From Macrostomum hystrix (taxonomy: Eukaryota > Animalia > Platyhelminthes), in the NCBI GenBank assembly GCA_950097015.1, contig CATNEN010000030.1, forward strand, positions 3,348,001-3,412,000: a DNA stretch of 64,000 nucleotides. The letters are read 5' to 3'. This document shows, piece after piece, positions 63,669 through 64,000 of this stretch (position 1 is the first letter of the stretch; every line of letters starts with the position of its first letter). The translations under genes and the position numbers were made by a program. Under the pieces are notes generated by a model. That model had not been told where the DNA came from, did no database searches, and saw nothing but the letters and a program-made list of their open reading frames with translations.

Positions 63669-64000
63669 GTTTACCGGTTCTCGGAGACCATTGCGCTTCC
63701 TTCTAGAGAAGTGAAGGTCTACGCATTTCTAATTTTGAAGTTCGGCTGCTCTGTTAGGATCAAGCAGTTTCCGTTCTGGCGACATCAGCTCCTCATCATC
63801 GATTTTAAACATCTCTGCGCGAACTTTGTCGAGCGATCGTGCCGCCAAAGAAGACTTGTGAGCCTTAGTTGGAGAGTGGGATCTGCAAAATATCATTCAG
63901 AAGGCCAGCCGGCCAGTCGTCAGCGGTGGTCAGTACTTTAGCAGTGTCAAGATTTTTTTTCACCTGCAGCGTAAGTGGATGTACTACGCTGTGCTGGTCA
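63669..64000 (+). pseudogene. Disrupted paralog of the adjacent Cys-loop channel; runs off the window end
   Basis: ALPSREVKVYAFLILKFGCSVRIKQFPF aligns to LLPSGDVRIYTFAVVQFACAVNVRQFPF. A net 26-nt loss then shifts the frame to GDISSSSSILNIS...DL*ALVGEWDLQN...VKIFFHLQRKWMYYAVLV, with TGA at 63859-63861. No homology seen upstream of ~63669. Confidence 0.8.

Overview
Eukaryotic (metazoan) genomic DNA. GC-rich exons, short introns and minisatellite-packed long introns suggest a free-living flatworm such as Macrostomum, but this is inference and no database search was run. Hand splicing (GT-AG, phase-checked) gives nine genes or gene parts: (1) the 3' five exons of an eag/KCNH1-type K+ channel (+); (2) a 4-exon, 2079-aa vitellogenin-like large lipid transfer protein (+); (3) a 10-exon, ~591-aa coiled-coil protein I cannot name (-); (4) FSIP1-like, 7 exons (+); (5) a 2-exon clan-2 cytochrome P450 with no N-terminal membrane anchor (+); (6) PPP1R36-like, 11 exons (-); (7) a signal peptide-CUB-LDLa-TM protein (+); (8) an antisense C2-domain gene whose identified exons lie in intron 1 of gene 7 (-); (9) an intronless, divergent Cys-loop ion channel subunit (-), with a broken paralog head-to-head at the window end. 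About 19 kb (~30%) is tandem minisatellite with some 20 different units, and there are two tRNA-headed SINE families. Most long ORFs in the supplied track are artefacts of these repeats. There is no CRISPR array, rRNA or convincing tRNA gene. The best leads are the non-canonical Cys-loop channel and its neighbours, the vitellogenin with apparently three vWD-like modules, the anchor-less P450 and the nested antisense gene. I found nothing I can call a new biological system with confidence.
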